A stretch of DNA of 61,074 bases, filler included, from Asterionella formosa (Eukaryota): NCBI GenBank assembly GCA_002256025.1. It is 8 parts of 8 records of this genome, joined end to end, with 100 filler letters (N's around TTAATTAATTAA, not from the genome) between each part and the next. Parts side by side here need not be neighbours in the genome. Positions count along the whole stretch, not along the records: positions 30,645 to 38,188 come from NKIB01012429.1; positions 38,289 to 45,826 come from NKIB01012430.1; positions 45,927 to 53,450 come from NKIB01012431.1; 5 more parts are not named here. One strand, 5' to 3'. How positions within the stretch are numbered: position 1 is the first letter of the stretch; every line of letters starts with the position of its first letter. The notes beneath the pieces were generated by a model. It saw nothing but the letters and a program-made list of their open reading frames with translations, was not told where the DNA came from and ran no database searches. Of the stretch, positions 37,821 through 51,120 are shown piece by piece. A program made the translations under genes and the position numbers.

Positions 37821-38799
37821 AGGGGGAAGCCTTAGTGTTTAGTACGCCTTCTGAGTTGGCCCCCTTTCTTTTTCATGTAGTCTCTGGGGTTCCAGGATCT
37901 ATATATAGAATTACGACAATCACTGTATTTACCTATATTACAAATAGACGTAATGTATGCATACATATATTTACAACATGTTTTGATGTTCTCAGTCATA
38001 TCAATAACAAATGAGCCTACCGGTATCATGGAAACAGAACTGGAGCATAAGGAAAGGACCAACTGCGTGGCCCCAAGTATCCATGAGTTGATCTCAGGCC
38101 ATGCGGAAGTTACGGAAGGAGATGAGATGAAGCAATTGAATGAGCATTATCCAATCGATCATTCGCACTTTGACAGACCTGTGCCACANNNNNNNNNNNN
38201 NNNNNNNNNNNNNNNNNNNNNNNNNNNNNNNNTTAATTAATTAANNNNNNNNNNNNNNNNNNNNNNNNNNNNNNNNNNNNNNNNNNNNTCTATTTTGAAA
38301 TTCGAAGTGATAGCAAGATGCCTCCAAGAAGACCTCAGGCAGTTGGGTTTTTGAGTTGCTGTGGTGGTGGGAGTTAAGCTTGGCGAAAGGTCTCCGTCAA
38401 CTCTTGTAACCAGCCAAGTGTGGTTAGATCTTCTATGATTCTTTTGCTGCTTTATGAAAGGCTACTACATCCAGGTATGGATGTGATGGGTTGTGTGGTA
38501 GCAATGGTTGAGTCTGCTCTGAGCAAGGATTCTTGATCAGTTTTGTGTTTCTATTCTTTCAACAGATTGCTCACAATAACATATTAGAATATTTTCCATT
38601 TAAGATTGTCTTGTGTGATATCCAAAACTACATTCATCTCTACTGATATTTGTCGGTTTCCCTCACACTTCCCCTGTGTAACCAGACTTTAAGTCTCCAG
38701 ACATATGTCAAACATTTCCCGACAGTCCCTACAACTTCGAGGAAGTTCTCCCGATCAAAACCTATCCCCAGCACTCGCCAACCTAGATCCTGTGGACTA

Positions 38800-39000
38800 A
38801 AACTCCAGCAAAGGGATGAAGTTGTACAAATCCTCGACAGAAAGCTTCATCACATGATCAATGGAGAAACTGGCAACATCCACATATTTCTTCTGGCCCT
38901 TAAGTAACGAGTGGACGCATATGGTTCGGAGGGAGTGCTTAATGTGCCCAACAATCAAGGATCGGTCAAAACCTCAGTATGAAGTATGGTTGAGTTACAA
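38800..39000 (+). mobile_element. Possible Ty3/Gypsy integrase zinc-binding fragment
   Basis: YFFWP......VRRECLMCPTIK resembles the FxWP...V..C..C integrase HHCC region; frameshifted and short. Confidence 0.35.
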
Positions 39001-39773
39001 TGGCAAATGTGATGGCGCACGCCACTACACATGTGCATACTACTCCAACTCATGATACCGAAAATAGTAGTGCTCAGCTTTATACGTGATTGTACAACTC
39101 TCTGGGTTTCTACAGACTCTGAAGGTCGTTCTTATCATTTTCAATTTGGTAAAAAGTATCATGCAAAGGCTATTAGATTTAAATCGAAAAAATCCATTCT
39201 CCACAAAAATAAAAATAAAATTGTATCATCAAAAAGTATAACAAAATTTCAACGGTTACGGGCTGGCTACAAACATCATAATATTTTTTGTGTATATTAT
39301 GTGGATGTCAATAAAAGTACTGCCCTGCAGGCGTATTTTCAGTTATTTTATTAGTGACAATGGAAATGATACCTGCGTGAAAACGTCAGTATCACTGAAA
39401 CCGTTTTTGGAGGGGGCAAAAAAGGTATCAATTTTGTACCAATGATACAAAAATGATACCATCAAGTTACTGTTGCTGATACCGTGTTTTGATACCAACC
39501 GTCACTTTTTGCCCACAACCCGGAAACCACCTTTCACCGCAGAATCGCTGACTACCACATTCAACTTGCTGAATGCGGACTTCTCGTTGCTAACTGCTGA
39601 CTTAATTTGCTAAAAATTTGAAATAGTTGCTGACTGCTGACTTTTATTGACTTTCCGATTTGATTGCTTCTGTGGTTTGTTTTGATTGCTTCCATAGTTG
39701 TTTATCATTCCACACTGTCGTTTTGCTTCGATTGTATATATCTACATAAGAACCACGTCTGCAAATAAAAACT

Positions 39774-41550
39774 ATCATATTTCCATGATGCATCATAGGA
39801 TTGTGATCAACTGATCATAATTTTTCGTTATATCATCTAATAATTTTAATAAATGCCCTTGTAATTTAAAAAGTAACCCTTTTGACTACATATATTTAAA
39901 TTTTTTATCTATTGTTTCTATTAGATTCCTGTATTCGAATTTCTTGGTAGGATAATGTACCAGCTGAAGTAATGTAATTTGGCTTGTCATTTCCATCCGT
40001 CATCACTCTGTTTTTTGCAACAACAACGAAATACTAGCAATGACAAGTGGAATGATTGTTTGTGATAACGACGTCTTCAATTGTTAATCGAGTGATCATT
40101 ACATCTTTGAGTAATTGTCATGTGCAGTGTACCTTTGTTCATAATCATTCAATTAAGGGTTTACAGAGAAGAAATCATTCGAACTCGTAATGGTTCCGCA
40201 CACAGCGCACATTGTAAACCCTTTTCGTCAACCACCAGCATTACAATCTCGCCAATCAACCCGTAAACAACACACATTCTACTTGTTCTTGTTGACATTT
40301 TCAATTCTCACATGATACTACATCTCTTCTATTGAGATTCAGCGTAGAAGGAGATACGAAAATGTAACAGACTACTGTCCACATAGCTATAGTTACAGAA
40401 TGATTCTGATTAGAATTTCATTTTCATGTCGCTCGCTCGTTTCTGCATTTGGCATACTGTACTTGAATTAACTATTGAAGTTGTCCGTATCTTTGATACC
40501 ATCAAGAGAGCGAAAGCAAGTTTTTCTTCATTGTTGTTTGCTCGTAGGAAATATTTGATATCCATATCGTCATTTGCTTGTTGGAACTGTTCGTTACCTC
40601 AAACCTGCTTGGCGTGTGCGTACACACACTGCCGACTTGTTTTCATTAGTATGTTGTTCTTGTATTCACTGTTGAACTTGTCCGCATCTTTGTTACCATC
40701 AATAGAGCGACAAGTGGGTCTCTTCATTGTTGTTTGCTCCTGGAAAAGTCGGTGTCCGTGTCATCCTCATCAATAGAGGGACAAGTGTCCTTAATCATTG
40801 CTGTTTGCCCCTGGAAAAATTGGTACCCGTGGTATCGTCATTCGCTCGTTGGAACCACTGTCCGTTACCTCAAACCTGATTAGCATGTGTGTCTGTGCAC
40901 TGTCGACTTGTGTACATTACAGGAGTGACTTAGCTACTAAAGTGCGTGTTATGATATCTTACTCTGTAGTACGATGCAGAATACTACAGTTCCCAATCAT
41001 CTCATCATGATTGATAAGATGATAATGTGATATCACGATAGGGTTACATCGATTCATAAATCACCAAAGTATGATACGTAATATTGAATAAAGTATATCA
41101 CATAGTAACTATGATGCATTGATCATAGAACTATGATGATTTCTTAAAATTTTCATGATATAGTTTTGATCAAATATGATTATGTTAAAATAGTACAATG
41201 ACAATAAAATACGATAAAATATGTACGCAAGTGTTATCGATACATCATAGAAAATAAATAAATAAATCATAATTCTGTTACTTTATATATAAATTCGACT
41301 TCTAATGTATAAAGTAAAAGCAAACTGTTAATATGATAGTATTATACTGTGTATAGGATCTAAGTATACGGATGCGTTGATATGTACATCACAATAATAT
41401 GATTTGTGATATGGATTGATGCATATCACATACCGGTATCCTCAACAAACAGCCATCACGTTCATTGTCGTGTTGTTTTTCCTTGTTATAGCTGTATTTA
41501 TGCCGGCATGTGTATTGTGTAAACCCTACGCTGGTGGAACATGCATATTA
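39774..41550 (+). repeat. About 1.8-kb dispersed repeat (family D), copy 1
   Basis: Matches the reverse complement of 46720-48494 along its length with scattered substitutions (roughly 90% by eye). Confidence 0.92.
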
Positions 41551-44500
41551 TGTCTGTAAATAAAAAAACCGTTGAGCCTAACAGTTTTGCGGTAAGACCC
41601 AGCACTGCCCCAAAAATTCTCAGTATGACGTACCATTTTTTGATTGATCATACAAAAAGCTGATTGATCATACAAAAAAACTGATTGATTGATTAATATT
41701 GTTGGATTGATCTTACGTATGCTTAGCATAGATCACATCCATATTTTGTAATATCTAATCGATTGCATTTGTAACATCTATAACGAAGCACATTCAGTAT
41801 ACACTCATCATTTATATGTATTAATGAGTTTCAAATCAATAGATCACATGATATGCTTATGATCAATCCAGCACTCTCACTCTTATTATCAACTAATGTT
41901 TTGGTGTTCGAGCTAAAGATAGTAATCGTGAGATCAAATCAGTTATTCATTTGGTCTAACCTTTGGAATGATAAAATCAAATAGAAATTTTAGCTTTCGA
42001 TCTAACGTTCATCACTCCTGATCTAACTAAGCAATTTCACTCATTGATCAAACCTATTATCATGTTCGATCAATGATGAACACAAATCGAATTAAATGGA
42101 TTGCTATTTAGTACTCAAATATTCTACTTCTGGTCACCCATACTTTCCACTGTGAATGAGCACACAGTGGTCTTCAATACCTTAATTTTCACTTCCGGTA
42201 GCTATGATTGCCGTTTCAAAATGAAATGAGGGAGTAAACGAAATTGATGATGCTTTATTCGAATCTGTAAAATTGCGAATGGCAGCAAGTCACATTCTCC
42301 AATGTTCTTGTACAACTTTCCTGTAAGAGATAATAACAACAATGTTAGCAAAACTATTGCATTAAGTAAGCAAGGCAGCCATCTAAACGTAGATATGTGC
42401 AACGAAACGATCACATGAACAATCCATCACTGCAATTTCCGTATGAGCAGGCAATGTGCATATTACTTACCTGTGCTCTCATGGTTGATTGTTGCTTCCA
42501 TTAAGAATGGTAGCAAGCCACATTCTCCAAGGTTCCTGTATGATTTTGAGAAGATAATATCAATGTTAGCAAAAGTGTTGCAATGATTAAAGCATCTCCA
42601 GCCACACATGTACCACTATCTGATGACATAAACAATCTATATGACTTCACATTCCAATCGACATAACGAGCATCAAATGAGAGTAAAGTAACTTCCCTAT
42701 GCTCTCACTGTTGATTGATGGGTGACGGGTAGTAGCGTTGTTAATAATCACATCTGCATATATGGAAGGGAAAGATGTTATTAATGTCGAAATCCTAATT
42801 AATGGACACAGACAATACAAAGCCTCTGCAGCATTGTGCACAAAAATATTAAGTGCGGTTTCTTACCTCGTAATTAGGTTGCTTTTTGTCGTTCGTCCTG
42901 ATGAAGTATAGAAACTTCGAGTGGTAGCAGCGAACACAAACAGTGTTACAATCTTATAGTTTGCTTCCAGTCTCACATGGTACCGATCATAAGCCCCTTG
43001 GTGGCCACAGTTGAGAAGCAAAACAATCATATAATTTACCTCTTCCCACCGGTAGGTTTGATACCGGTAGAAGGCTCTCGATCACCATTCCCTCATCAGT
43101 TTATTATTTGGAATAGAATGCACTACCAGCATGAACTTTTTAACAATATCTCAACATTTCCTCTTCTTCAAAAAGTGTGTATAACATACATCTCTGTATG
43201 TCTAGTAACTTTTTTTGAAGGAACATTTAATAACCCACCAGATTGAATGATTTGATAAAATATACAAGACTTAACAGGAATTCGAATACGGTACCCGATA
43301 TACATCCAGTTGTCATATCCTATATAGTGGACAGTGGACACCATGTATCATAGGTACATATACATACTGTCAAATTTTACCGGTACTTACATGATGAAGG
43401 AATACTGGAACTTACATGATTCTCAGTAGAGTACAGTAACAGAGGACCTCGTATGTCACCGTTATTCAAGCGGGAACTACCCTGGTACCAGGGGGTACCG
43501 TACATTTCGTCTATGTTCCTGTCGGTACTGTTCTAACGTTCAAGTTTGGCTACGGTATTGATCAATACTACCGGTGGGTATTTGAACATGATTGAAAACA
43601 CTTGAAGTGCATTATTATGATATAATGCCGAAGTACTCAGAATGATAAATTAACATTTCTGTATGATCTAAGAGACCAACACCCTTTTTAATCTTGGCGC
43701 GCCAAAAATTATATCAGACTTTTCTCTTTTATTATTATTTCATTCTTTGATTTTAAAGCCCGTTTACCTTGATTTCCTGTACATTGTTATCGTCATGTCC
43801 AGTAGAGGAATAAAAAGAAGCGATAATTCTAGAGTTGATAACTTGTCTCAGAAGAAGTACCGCAACAGTAACCAGGATGAAAAGTCTCGGAAAAAAGCCT
43901 TCCTATTCATGTCAAACATAGCAGGCGTTTGGTTACTCCTGCAACGAAATTGTCTCATGAGTACAAAGAGTTTGTAACAAATACAACTGCTTCAACAATG
44001 CAGCGAGATCATCATCAAGATTCAGACTCTGATGATGATGATATTTTGTCAGAACTGTCCTCTCCTGGTTACAAGAAGGTGCCGCCTTTTTATCCACCCA
44101 TTCAAGGAAGGAGTGACGATTCACCAGTCACTGATAATCCAAAGAAATTTTATGGACTTACATCTCGATAATGGCAACGATCTCAAATATATATCACAGT
44201 TCCTCCTTAGTCGTGAGACAGTGATTGATCAGAAGCATCATTATCTGTTGTTGTTTTATATTCAACAACTTCATAATTAGATTGCCCTATTGGAACGCGA
44301 AATTTCCCTGAATAATTTTTCTAGCAGTGGATACAAAGATTCCAGACTTGCCACTACTGTTTATACAAGACAAAGGGATATAGTTGCATCGGTCCAGTAA
44401 GATCCTTCAAGCACAGGCTCAGCAAGCAAGGAAAGTGTCTTCTTGATGGCACCCATGTTGGTGATTCCATTCATCCCAGCACAGAGGCATATACTTTCCT

Positions 44501-45114
44501 GAGTGTTCGCGGTAAATTTCTAGTTAACAGCACCCTGAAACATTTTCAGTATGTGGATGAAGATACTGATATTCCTGAACAGTTCCTTAACGCCACTACC
44601 TATGAAGAAATTGTTTTGATTGGCGGATCTGCATAGGGATGCAATAACCTTAATGGAAACAGTTCATGCCAAATCAATGGGTGAACGTTTTGCTGGAATG
44701 ATGAAACACTGAAGTACTACAGAGAGCTTCTTGTTGATATTGAACAACAGAACGCAATCGAAAAGGAACTAGTATCAAACAGTGAGGGTAAGCCCGACAT
44801 TGAAGGTAGGCAAGACTTTTTTCGTTTTCAAGAGTTGACAATGCATGACTGGGAGAATTACAATCAAGAACATAAAATTTTTGTAAGGAATGATCCCATA
44901 CCTTCGGATACATCCAAGATCGTAAATTCTACCAACCTCCTTGACTTTGAAGAAGAGGATGAGGAACTTGGCAATAGTAGTTGGCGGCCATTCAAACATT
45001 TCACAAAGGTACAAATAGTAATTAATAGCGTTCAATTACATATAAAGCATTCCTTATCTGAACCTTCAATCACAAATTTCATAAATTAATCCATCCTGTT
45101 CTATCATGTTGCAC

Positions 45115-45235
45115 TAAGAATGGCGAAAACTTTTGACTACGACCACAACAGTGCCTCCAACCAAAAACCCAGAAACTGAACAAGAACTTAGATGGTCTGA
45201 ATGGCTGGAGTCACTTAGAAAAGATGTCGAAAGTA
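45115..45235 (+). mobile_element. PIF/Harbinger transposase fragment
   Basis: TTVPPTKNPETEQELRWSEWLESLRKDVE matches the ...ESxRKDVE(C/R)xFG motif carrying the catalytic E of Harbinger DDE transposases; truncated immediately after. Confidence 0.7.
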
Positions 45236-45291
45236 GTATGAGCATAAACTTAGTTAGATTACTAGGCACCAACATCTATGAAAAAAATTCC

Positions 45292-45680
45292 ACATTCCCG
45301 TCATCCCCTTTTTCTCAATACCCGGTCGGAACATGACGTGACTACTGTGAAACTGTACATATTACTACGCTGGTACTGTGAGACTGTAGGTTTGCCCTAC
45401 CAGCATTCCCTTCTTCCCCGTTGTCTCAATACCCGGTCGGAACATGACATGACTACTGTGAAACTGTACCGGTTACTACACTGGTACTGTGAAACTGTAG
45501 GTTCGCCCTACCAGCATTCCTTTCTTCCCCTTTGTCTCAACACCCGGTCAGAATATGACGTGGCTACTGTGAAACTATTCGCATTGCCACGTTAGTACTG
45601 TGAGACTGTAGGTTTGCCCTACCAGCATTCCCTTCTTCCCCTTTGTCTCAATACCCGGTCGGAACATGACATGACTACCG
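45292..45680 (+). repeat. 111-bp tandem repeat, about 3.4 copies
   Basis: ctcaa(t/c)acccggtc(g/a)gaa starts at 45314, 45425, 45536 and 45647. Confidence 0.93.
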
Positions 45681-46719
45681 TATACTTCATTGTCCTGGAC
45701 CCCCCCTATGGTTGCTGGACCCCCCTGTACATTTTTCTCGAGGTGGAACCAAACACCCAATAATTTTCTTGTCATAGACAAAGTAACGTGCCATAATTCT
45801 TTTTGTCCTCGTAGGCACTAGTATGTNNNNNNNNNNNNNNNNNNNNNNNNNNNNNNNNNNNNNNNNNNNNTTAATTAATTAANNNNNNNNNNNNNNNNNN
45901 NNNNNNNNNNNNNNNNNNNNNNNNNNGCATCACATCATTGTCTGCATTGATCTTCTTGAATTCTAGGTCTTGATCTAGCTCGGACTTTTTCTTGAATATC
46001 TTTTCTTTTAGAAATGCAATAGTTTCTCTGCTTTCATGATGTTCATCTTGATGTGCGTTCTGGACGAATAGTGAGACATATTTCTTGGTTTTGCAACTTT
46101 TCAACCATTTCTACTTCAGATGTGATGTTTCCCACATTTCCGCCGGTATTTTCAGTCATCGCATGAATTTGTTCATCAAATGAATGAGAATCACTGAGTT
46201 CTTCTTCATTATCAGCGATTTCAGAAGAATGAGGAGCAAAATACGACACTGGATGGAACTGTGACTCTGTAGGAAGAGAGTCTTCATCCGTGAAGAACAA
46301 CTGTTTGGGTTTCCTCTGCTCTTCGAAAGCAATCTTTCCTTCTTTTCAATCTCTGCCACTATTGTATCGGCATTCTTCATTTTTTTCTGGAGTATTATGA
46401 ATTTGTTCAAATTCATCTTATCGATCTTTGAGTGTATTCAAAGCAATCTTCGATTGATTTCATAAGTTTCATCATCTTCTTTTCCGAAATCATAAAGTCG
46501 TGTAGTGTAAACAATGGAAGTAAGTCACGTTTCTTGTTTGACTGATCCTTTGCATGAAATCCATGAAATTCCATTTGGAAAGCAATTTGTCAAAGGGCCA
46601 GAAGACTATGATGTAAAACAGTGGAAGAGAAACGCGGAGCTTTTGTTTGCGGCGCTTGTGGAGGTGCAGCTAGTGTGATGGTAACTCAGTGTAGTAATTG
46701 TTGAACAGAGCACAGCAGT

Positions 46720-48494
46720 GTAATATGCATGTTCCGCAAGCGTAGTGTTTACAAAATACACATGCTGGCATAAATACAGCTACAAGAAGGAATAACGACA
46801 CGACAATGAACGTGATGGCTGGTTGTTGAGGATACCGGTATGTGATATGCATCAATCCATATCACAAATCATATTATAGTGATGTACATATCAACGCATC
46901 CATATACTTAGATCCTATCCACTGTATAATATTATCATATTAACTGTTGGCTTTTACTGTATACATTAAAAGTCTAATTTATATATTAAGTAACATAATT
47001 ATGATTTATTTATTTATTTTCTGTGATGTATCGATAACACTTGCGTACATATTTTATCGTATTTTTTTGTAGTTGTGTTTTTTTAACATGATCATATTTT
47101 GATCAAAATTATATCATAAACATTTTAAGAAATCATCATAGTTCTATGATCAATGCATCATAGCTATGTGATATACTTTATTAAATATTACGTATCATAC
47201 TTTGGTGATGTATGCATCGATGTAAACCTATCGTGATATCACATTATCATCTTATCAATCATGATGAGATGACTGGGAACTGTAGTATTCTGCATCGTAC
47301 TACAGAGAATGATATTATAACACGCACTTTAGTAGCTAAGTCACTCCTGTAATGCAAACAAGTTGACAGTGCACATACACACACGCTAATCAGGTTTGAG
47401 GCAACAGACAGTGGTTCCAACGAGCGAATGACGGTACCACGGGTACCAAATTTTCCAGCGGCAAACCGCAATGATGAAGGACACTTGTCCCTCTATTGAT
47501 GAGGATAACACGGACACCGACTTTTCCAGGAGCAAACAACAATGAAGAGACCCACTTGTTGCTGCTCTATTGATGGTAACAAAGATGCGGACAAGTTCAA
47601 CAGTGAATACAAGAACAACAGACCAATGAAAACAAGTCAGCAGTGCGTGTACGCACACGCCAAGCAAGGTTTGAGGCAACAGACAGTTCCAACAAGCAAA
47701 TGACGATACGGATATCAAATATTTCCTACAAGCAAACAACAATGAAGAGAGCCACTTGCTTTCGCTCTCTTGATGGTATCAAAGATGCGGACAAGTTCAA
47801 TAGTAAATACAAGTACAGCATGCCAAATGCAGAAACGAGCGACATGAAAAAGAAATTGTAATCAGAATCATTCTATAACTATAGCTATGTGGACAGTAGT
47901 CTGTTACATTTTCGTATCTCCTTCTATGCTGAATCTCAATAGTAGATGTAGTACCTTGTGAGAATTCAAAATGTCAATGAGAACAAGTAGAATGTGTTTG
48001 TTTACGGGTTGATTGGCGAGATTGTAATGCTCGTGGTCGACGAAACGGATTTACAATGTGCGCTGTGTGTGGAACCATTACGAGTTTGAATGATTTCTTC
48101 TCTGTAAACTCTTAATTGAATGATTATGAACAAAGGTTCACTGCACATGACGATTACTCAAAGATATAATGATCACTTGACCAACAATTGAAGACATCGT
48201 TATCGCAAACAATCACTCCACTTGTCATCCCTAGTATTTCGTTGTTGTTGCAAAAATCAGAGTGATGACAGATGGAAATGACAAGCCAAATTACATTACT
48301 TCAGATGGTACGTTATCTTACCAATAAATTCGAATACAGGAATCTAATAGAAACAATACATATAAAAATTAAATATATGTAGTCAAAAGGGTTACTATTT
48401 AAATTACAAGGGCCTTTATCAAAATTATTAGATGATATAACGAAAAATTATGATCAGATGATCACAATCCTATGATGCATCATGGAAATATGAT
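46720..48494 (-). repeat. About 1.8-kb dispersed repeat (family D), copy 2
   Basis: Reverse complement of 39774-41550; internal 200-bp-period duplication (tgatggta.caaagatgcggacaagttcaa at 47571 and 47771). Confidence 0.92.
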
Positions 48495-48496
48495 GA

Positions 48497-50700
48497 CAAT
48501 GGTAGATCTGACCAGCATTCAGCAAGGGGTTAGAGGGATCTCCCACTTTCTCCACCACCTGTATGCTAGTGATTCCATCTCTTGGATGATTCTAATCTCC
48601 CTACGTGTCACCCAAATGGACGAGGCTGGTTGCCAAAACGATCTACTCCAAGTCCCTGACATTGCTATCCCCTTTGTCACACCCACATGGATCACACATC
48701 TTCAGCCCTTCATGGCACCCTGTCCCATCCCTGAGAAATCACATTACTAAGGGAAAATGACAAGTTCCTTATGGAAAATTTCTCTGATGACAAAATTAGT
48801 GATTTTAAATTGTTCCACATCAACTGCTGCTGCCAGGAGGACTTGCAGGCTATGACACTGGCGGAGATAGCAACGGCAGATGGGAAAATTCTACGTCCTG
48901 AAACATTAGAGTGCAAACGGTTCGGAGACAGGAAATCACCCCCTTTCTGGCCAAATCAGGCAGAACCTATAAAATAACAGAAAGCCGACAGGAAGTCTGT
49001 GCTCCACACTCCCCCATGTACTCAAAACAGCATCCCCACACTCACTGGCTCTCAAGCAAAACCTAGGGAAATGGACATCAAAGCAAAACCCCTTCTTGAG
49101 TATCGATCCCAATTTTCGTTTTCAACCCAAGAATTGTGGCGACAGAAGGGTCGAATTTGGGAGGTACATTCCGAGTCTCCTCCAATAGACCCTCAACAAA
49201 GTTTTCACCATTACTAGGGCACCCCGCCCTGACGAGAGCTTCACCTCCAAACAAATCCATTCCATGCAACATTTCGAGGGACTGGTAGGTTACTTTCCAA
49301 CTCGAAAGTCAACATTCCCGCTTGGAGATGATTCCCAACCGAAAATCTCGGGATTTCAACATCACGTAGCGTCCCTTCCATTCTAAAGAAAACACTTAGT
49401 CCAGTATTACAAAATATTAGTTCTGGCCAATGACACGCACCCGTTGGATGACGACCCAGCAGGAAACAGCTCAACAAGGCGGAATTATTTGCTATTGCAC
49501 TCTTGGCACTCACTTTTATAGTGGAATTTCTGTCGTTTCATTCAATAGAAGCTACCAGCTCCATTTACCTGTGGAGCAACAGTGCAGCAGCAATTGCTAG
49601 TCTTCACAACCTTTCACAAGCCATTGCATCACAACAAAGGTTGTCTGGATAAAAGCACAACAGAATAAACAAGAGAACGTAAAGCTCTCCAGAACTGCAC
49701 CAAGCATGAATGTAGAGCGGATTATCCCTTCGGAAAATTTCTTACAGCAACACCCCAAGAAACACTGGGCCATCCATTCCCAGCTTCATCTCACTTTCCC
49801 ACCATGTAGGTGAGCTTGCATATAGGTAAGACCAGGATACACAGTTCGATATCCCACGGGATGATACTTGCAAGAATACAGGAAGAAAATTATGAAGATT
49901 TCTTCCCCACAAAACACAACATTCAGTTTCCATACAGGATGATCACTTGGACAGCCTTCTCCCAAGCATTTTTTAGTAAAAGGGGCTCGGAGAGGATCAT
50001 GTTGTCCAAATTTGTTCACAGATGGCTTCCGACCGGAGCCAGAGCGAAGAGCACTCACAACCAAAGGTCGTTATGAGTGCCCACACAGTGGTCCATATGA
50101 GTCAACAGAGCACCCTCTCACGTGCAATTCACTAGAGAGAGGAGGTTGACCCAGTTCTCCTCTCAAATGAACCAACTGAAGTATGGCAAAACTATCACTC
50201 CCATCTTTGTACTTTACTTAACCCCTGTCCTCCTGTATAACCCAATGGACAACTTCAAAGAAATTTACAAGCCAGGTGTAACATAGGGAGAAAAACAGCA
50301 ATCAAAGCGGCGTTAAATCAACAATGCCAACTCATCGGAATTCTGACTCTTCAGGGATATTTCTCCAATAGGTGGGGTTCAGCAATCCCAGAGAAATCAG
50401 AAGACAACAATGGCTATGGCAAGCAACAAATGTACAGCCGCAGCAATCACGCAAACCTGGACCTTGGCCACTACAGCATGGGAGGATAGAAACAATATTC
50501 TCCACAACAAGCAATGAAAAGAATCAAAGAATAGTGCTTTCAGCCATGGATGAAAGAATCAAGGTGCTCAACAATAAGAAGAATGAGATCTGCATCAGGG
50601 ACAATCACCTATTTAAGCGCCTGCTGACAAAGGTTCTAGTGTAGAGAGAGGGCACAAAAACACAACTTTTTTCGAAGGCAGATTTCCTCTTCCAGGAATT
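48497..50700 (+). mobile_element. Degenerate non-LTR retrotransposon (LINE) 3' part: post-RT region, RNase H-like trace, CCHC-type finger
   Basis: Fragments TWITHLQPF; DKFLME...HINCC...LQAMTLAEIATADGK...WPNQAEP; AELFAI; ITWTAFSQA...SKFVHRWLP.G...CP....ES.EH..TC; FQGYFSNRW resemble LINE ORF2 C-termini of diatom type. Many stops and frameshifts. Confidence 0.72.
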
Positions 50701-51120
50701 GGCTGCGCTGGCCAGAACAGGACAGCAATCCCTTCAGAAAAATTTCCAAGCACATTGATGTTTAGAGAAGGTGGGGGGGGAGGGGAACAACTTGTGAGCA
50801 GCTGTCCCAGCTCCTCCTCCACAAGTTCAAACTAAGTGATCCAATTTCTTCCTGGGTTGTTGAAGATGATGGGAGACTGATTAATATTACAGTACCAAAG
50901 AAATACTGCCATCAAGAAAGCAAAATTGTCCGACTCCCCCTTGAGGGAGTGTATCCACCCTTTTCCCTGCATTCCAGGGCCTAAAATCACAACAGCTGTT
51001 GGGCTGATATCAGGATGGTTAGTCTTCCAGAAAACCAAGGCTGGTAATGCCAGGAAGCGCTATGCAAGCTCCCCTACTAGCACTAGAGCACTTTTAATTA
51101 CTGAGGTTATTAATGAGTCT

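Noticed and set aside
35030..39645. Element bounded by AGTCAGC-rich inverted repeats
   Set aside because: The copies are on different contigs (spacer at 38189-38288).
45292..45680. CRISPR-like array (also considered for 36900-37820)
   Set aside because: Whole units are repeated with no unique spacers, no cas genes, and the context is eukaryotic.
45744..45760. PIF/Harbinger TIR (GGGTGTTTGGTTCC on minus strand)
   Set aside because: No matching partner TIR on this contig and no clean TAA/TTA TSD; too short to support.
39774..48494. Giant transposon with 1.8-kb terminal inverted repeats enclosing a Harbinger fragment
   Set aside because: The two arms lie on different contigs separated by an artificial spacer (45827-45926); their inverted orientation and spacing are arbitrary.
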